DNA of 64,000 nt, from NCBI GenBank assembly GCA_963702475.1, contig CAVPCT010000003.1:448001-512000 (forward strand). Reading direction: 5' to 3'. The DNA is from an uncultured Thermoleophilia bacterium. GTDB lineage: Bacteria; Actinomycetota; Thermoleophilia; UBA2241. Shown here piece by piece: positions 60,467-64,000 of this stretch; the first letter of the stretch is position 1; each line of letters opens with the position of its first letter. The notes below the pieces were generated by a model. That model saw only the letters and a list, made by a program, of their open reading frames with translations, made no database searches and was not told the DNA's origin. Both the position numbers and the translations under genes were made by a program.

Positions 60467-61503
60467 CGCCGGCCGCCGCGAAGAGCAGGTCCGCGAAGGG
60501 CCAGGCGCCGCAGAAGAAGCCGGTAGAGCGTATCGCGCACGAGGGCCTGCTCGACGTGCGCGGCCTCACCACGTACTTCAAGCTCGGCGCCGGCGACGTC
60601 AAGGCCGTGCAGGACGTCTCGTTCACGCTCAGGCCCGGCGAGAGCCTCGGCCTCGCCGGCGAGTCCGGCTGCGGCAAGACCACGGCCGCGCTCTCCATCC
60701 TCAAGCTCCTGCCCGAGAACGGGCGCATCGTCAGCGGTGACGTGCTCTTCGACGGCCGCAACCTCGCCAAGCGCACCGAGTACGGCATGAGCAGGATCCG
60801 CTGGAAGGAGATCAGCATCATCTTCCAGGGGGCGATGAACGCCCTGAACCCGGTCAAGGAGACCGGCACGCAGATCGCCGAGCCCATCCGCCTGCACGAG
60901 GGTCTGAGCGAAGGCAAGGCGATGGTCCGGGTCAGGGAGCTCTTCGACCTGGTGGGCATCAACCCCAAGCGCGTCAACGACTTCCCCCACCAGCTCTCCG
61001 GCGGCATGCGTCAGCGCGCCATGATCGCCATGGCCCTGGCCTGCAACCCTCGCCTCGTGATAGGCGACGAGCCCACCACGGCGCTCGACGTCATGGTACA
61101 GGCGCAGATCCTCGAGCTCATCGAGCGGCTGCGCAAGGAGCTGGACCTCTCCTTCATCCTCATCAGCCACGACCTCTCGGTGATGGCCGAGACCTGCGAC
61201 AAGGGCGTCGTCATGTACGCGGGCGAGGTGGTGGAGAGCGGCACCACCGCCGACATCTTCAACAACGCGACTCACCCGTACACACGCCAGCTCATCAGGG
61301 CGTTCCCCAACATCCACGAGAAGCGCGAGATGGTCAGCTCCATCAAGGGCGACCCACCCAACCTGCTGGACCCGCCGCCCGGGTGCGGCTTCTGTCCCCG
61401 CTGCGACGACAGGGTCGCCGCCTGCGAGACCGAGCACCCCGGCCTGGTCGAGGTGGAGCGTGGCCACTTCGTGCGCTGCCTCCAGGTCGAGAGAGGGGCG
61501 TGA
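60463..61503 (+). CDS. ABC ATP-binding protein (OppD/DppD)
   Basis: [48 protein letters not shown]. Confidence 0.94.
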   Translation: MTPAAAKSRSAKGQAPQKKPVERIAHEGLLDVRGLTTYFKLGAGDVKAVQDVSFTLRPGESLGLAGESGCGKTTAALSILKLLPENGRIVSGDVLFDGRNLAKRTEYGMSRIRWKEISIIFQGAMNALNPVKETGTQIAEPIRLHEGLSEGKAMVRVRELFDLVGINPKRVNDFPHQLSGGMRQRAMIAMALACNPRLVIGDEPTTALDVMVQAQILELIERLRKELDLSFILISHDLSVMAETCDKGVVMYAGEVVESGTTADIFNNATHPYTRQLIRAFPNIHEKREMVSSIKGDPPNLLDPPPGCGFCPRCDDRVAACETEHPGLVEVERGHFVRCLQVERGA

Positions 61504-62552
61504 TGGCGGCCACGGCGCACAAGGGCTCCGTGGGCAGCGGCGACCTCGCCTCCGCCACGGCGCAGGACGGGGTGCTGTTCGACGTCACCGACCTGGAGGT
61601 CTACTTCCAGGTCCAGCAGGGCTTCTTCAAGGCCATGGTCGCCAAGGAGAAGAAGTACGTGAAGGCCGTGGACCACATCAGCTTCCAGGTGCTGCAGGGC
61701 GAGATCCTGGCGCTGGTCGGCGAGTCGGGCTGCGGCAAGACCACCACCGGCCGCGCCCTCCTGAGGCTCGAGGAGCCCACCGGCGGCCACATCCTCTACA
61801 AGGGGCTGCCGGTCGAGAGATTCTCCACGAAGACCCTGCGCGAGTACCGCAAGAAGGCGCAGATCATCTTCCAGGACCCCTACAACTCCATCAATCCCAA
61901 GCAGACCATCTTCGACATCGTGGCCGAGCCGCTCGAGGTCAACGGGCTCACGTCGAGCGAACGCGAGAAGGAGGAGCGCGTCGTCAAGGCCATCAGCGAG
62001 GCTGGGCTACGGCCGGCGACCGACTACCTCTACCGCTACCCGCATGAGCTCTCGGGCGGACAGCGGCAGCGCGTCTGCATCGCCGGCGCCACGGTGCTCG
62101 ACCCGGACGTCATCGTCGCAGACGAGCCCGTGGCCAGTCTCGACGTCTCCATCCGCAACGACATCCTCAAGCTCATGGTCGAGCAGAAGGAGAAGCTCGG
62201 CGTCACGTACATCTTCATCACCCACGATCTCTCCCTGGCGTGGGTGATCAGCAACCGCATCGCCGTGATGTACCTGGGGCGCATCGTCGAGATCGGCGAG
62301 ACCGAGGAGGTCGTCGCCAATCCCAGGCACCCGTACACGCGCGCCCTCATCAGCGTCATCCCGGTGCCGGACCCCCTGGCCAGGCGCGAGCACGTCATCC
62401 TCACCGGCGAGACGCCCAACCCCATCGATATCCCCTCGGGCTGTCGCTTCCACCCGCGCTGTCCCGAGGCGATCGACGCGTGTCGCGAGACCGATCCGGC
62501 GGCCGTGCACATCGGCGGGGATCACTACGCCTCCTGCTTGAGGATCTCCTGA
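61503..62552 (+). CDS. ABC ATP-binding protein (OppF/DppF)
   Basis: [45 protein letters not shown]. Confidence 0.94.
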   Translation: MAATAHKGSVGSGDLASATAQDGVLFDVTDLEVYFQVQQGFFKAMVAKEKKYVKAVDHISFQVLQGEILALVGESGCGKTTTGRALLRLEEPTGGHILYKGLPVERFSTKTLREYRKKAQIIFQDPYNSINPKQTIFDIVAEPLEVNGLTSSEREKEERVVKAISEAGLRPATDYLYRYPHELSGGQRQRVCIAGATVLDPDVIVADEPVASLDVSIRNDILKLMVEQKEKLGVTYIFITHDLSLAWVISNRIAVMYLGRIVEIGETEEVVANPRHPYTRALISVIPVPDPLARREHVILTGETPNPIDIPSGCRFHPRCPEAIDACRETDPAAVHIGGDHYASCLRIS

Positions 62553-62575
62553 CCGCGCGGTCCGCGGTCCCCGCC

Positions 62576-64000
62576 ATGCTGCCCTCGCGCATCGACATCT
62601 GGCCCGAAGAGGCCATAGAAGCCATGCACGAGGCGTCGCTCGACCTGCTCGAACGGGCCGGCGTCCGCGTCGAGTCGCCGGCCGCCCTCGACCTCTTCCT
62701 GGCCGCCGGTTGCAGCGTCTCCGGCGGGCGCGTGCGGGTGCCGCGCCAGGTCGTCATGGACGCCGTCGACGCTTGCCCGGCGTCGGCCACCCTGGCGGCA
62801 CGCGACCCGGCCCGGTCCATCGTCCTGGACGGCGAACCGGGGCCCACGTACGTTCACAACATGGGGGGCGCCGCCGACGTGGCCGACCCGCGCACCGGCG
62901 CCCTGCGCCGCGCGCGCCTGCGCGACCAGGTCCTTGGCGCCCGGATCATGCACAGCCTCGTCAACCAGCACTGCGTCACGTCGCTCTGGCAGCCCCAGGA
63001 CGTTCCCGGCGAGCTCGAGCCGCTGTACTCGTATCTTGTCCTTGCGTTCGAGACCGACAAGCCCATCGGCGGCCCGGGTATCTCCCACGCGTACCAGGCC
63101 CGCTACCTCAAGGAGATGGCCACCGCCGTGACGGGCGCGGACGGCACGGGCGGCGTGTACCCGGTCGATCTCGCGTTCTCGCCGGTCAGCCCGCTCGTCC
63201 TGGGCGGCGACGTCACCGAAGCGCTCGTCTCGCAGGTGCGCCGCGGCGGCGTGGTGGTGGAGATCCTGCCGTGCCCGGCGGCCGCGACGACCGCGCCGGG
63301 CACCCTCGCCGGTGCCATCGCCCAGCAGAACGGCGAGATCCTCGCCGGGCTCGCGCTCGCGCAGCTCGCGGCGCCCGGCACGCCGGTGTACTACGGCCCC
63401 CGGCTCAGCGCCGTCGACCCGCGCAGCGGCGTGGTGGTCTCGGGCACGCCGGAGACCGGGGTGGCCTCGGTCGCGGCCGTCCTGCTGGCGCGCAGGTACG
63501 GGCTCGCCTGCGACTGCTACGGTCCGTGCAGCGACAGCAAGGTCGTCGATGCGCAGTTCGGCTACGAGCGCTCCGTCAACGCGTTGCTCGGCCTGGCGGC
63601 CCGCCCGCGACTGCTCTCGGGCATCGGCGAGATCCAGGCGGGCGTCGGGAGCTGCCTGGAGGTCCTCGTGATCGACGACGAGGTCCTCAACAACGTGTTC
63701 TACGCCTTGGCCGAGCGCCCGTGGGACCCCGACGCGCTCGATGTCGACGCCATGGTGGACGGCGTGCTCTCGGGGCGCGGGTTCCTCGGCACCAAGCACA
63801 CGCGGCGCTACATCCGCAGCGAGTTCGTGGCGCCGCTCCTCAGTTATCGCGGAGGCCTCAGCGAGTGGCAGGCCTCCGGCCGCGGCGGCGTCTTGGACCT
63901 GGCGTCGGAGCGCGTCGCGGCGATCGTCGAGCGCGAGCCGTCCGGTCTGCCCGACGACGTGCTCGACGAGTTGTGCGGGTTGATCGCCGCCTGCGCCGCC
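62576..64000 (+). CDS. Trimethylamine methyltransferase (MttB/MtgB) family protein, non-pyrrolysine; 3' end outside window; missing from the ORF track
   Basis: H.ASL.LLE..GV.V.S..AL..F..AG, TDKP, SPVSPL, TAP.TLAG..AQ.N.E.LAG....QL..PG.PV.YG, D.R.G....G.PE, YGL, SDSK..DAQ.GYE, ID.E, FLG..HT; frame read without a stop to the window end. Confidence 0.88.
   Translation, partial: MLPSRIDIWPEEAIEAMHEASLDLLERAGVRVESPAALDLFLAAGCSVSGGRVRVPRQVVMDAVDACPASATLAARDPARSIVLDGEPGPTYVHNMGGAADVADPRTGALRRARLRDQVLGARIMHSLVNQHCVTSLWQPQDVPGELEPLYSYLVLAFETDKPIGGPGISHAYQARYLKEMATAVTGADGTGGVYPVDLAFSPVSPLVLGGDVTEALVSQVRRGGVVVEILPCPAAATTAPGTLAGAIAQQNGEILAGLALAQLAAPGTPVYYGPRLSAVDPRSGVVVSGTPETGVASVAAVLLARRYGLACDCYGPCSDSKVVDAQFGYERSVNALLGLAARPRLLSGIGEIQAGVGSCLEVLVIDDEVLNNVFYALAERPWDPDALDVDAMVDGVLSGRGFLGTKHTRRYIRSEFVAPLLSYRGGLSEWQASGRGGVLDLASERVAAIVEREPSGLPDDVLDELCGLIAACAA

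Noticed and set aside
62576-64000. Pyrrolysine recoding in the MttB homologue
   Set aside because: No in-frame TAG in the visible part and no pyl genes in the window

Overview
Very GC-rich bacterial chromosome segment, most consistent with a deep-branching actinomycete such as Thermoleophilia. This taxonomic call is an inference from GroEL/ribosomal protein style and many leaderless TANNNT promoters. The housekeeping backbone comprises moaC/MOSC-Mog, a System I cytochrome c maturation cluster (ccmEFABCD with a CxxxY-type CcmE), ccsA-hemACD, rplM-rpsI, glmM, a glmS ribozyme with glmS, acpS-nnr-CBS-alr-cca-mutM, panC, udg-tsaEB-rimI-tsaD, dtd and CIRCE-groES-groEL. Four accessory elements stand out. 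(1) At 28.2-33.3 kb is a SipW-dependent fibre/pilus locus with a sigma28-like promoter, three TasA/CalY-like subunits, a signal peptidase and an anchorless 7-module Ig-like protein carrying the same SipW-type signal. (2) At 49.9-64 kb is a catabolic island joining an Opp-type ABC importer, amidases and an aldehyde dehydrogenase to a methyl-THF:corrinoid methyltransferase and a non-pyrrolysine MttB-family methyltransferase. (3) A LipJ-like cyclase with a degenerate hydrolase domain is paired with a tandem cNMP-binding protein. (4) An HPS-RraA fusion sits in the pan operon. Three small frameshifts (ccmB, the ABC solute-binding gene, vapC) may be assembly errors. No rRNA, tRNA, CRISPR array or transposase was seen. 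All calls are by eye from motifs; no database searches were run.
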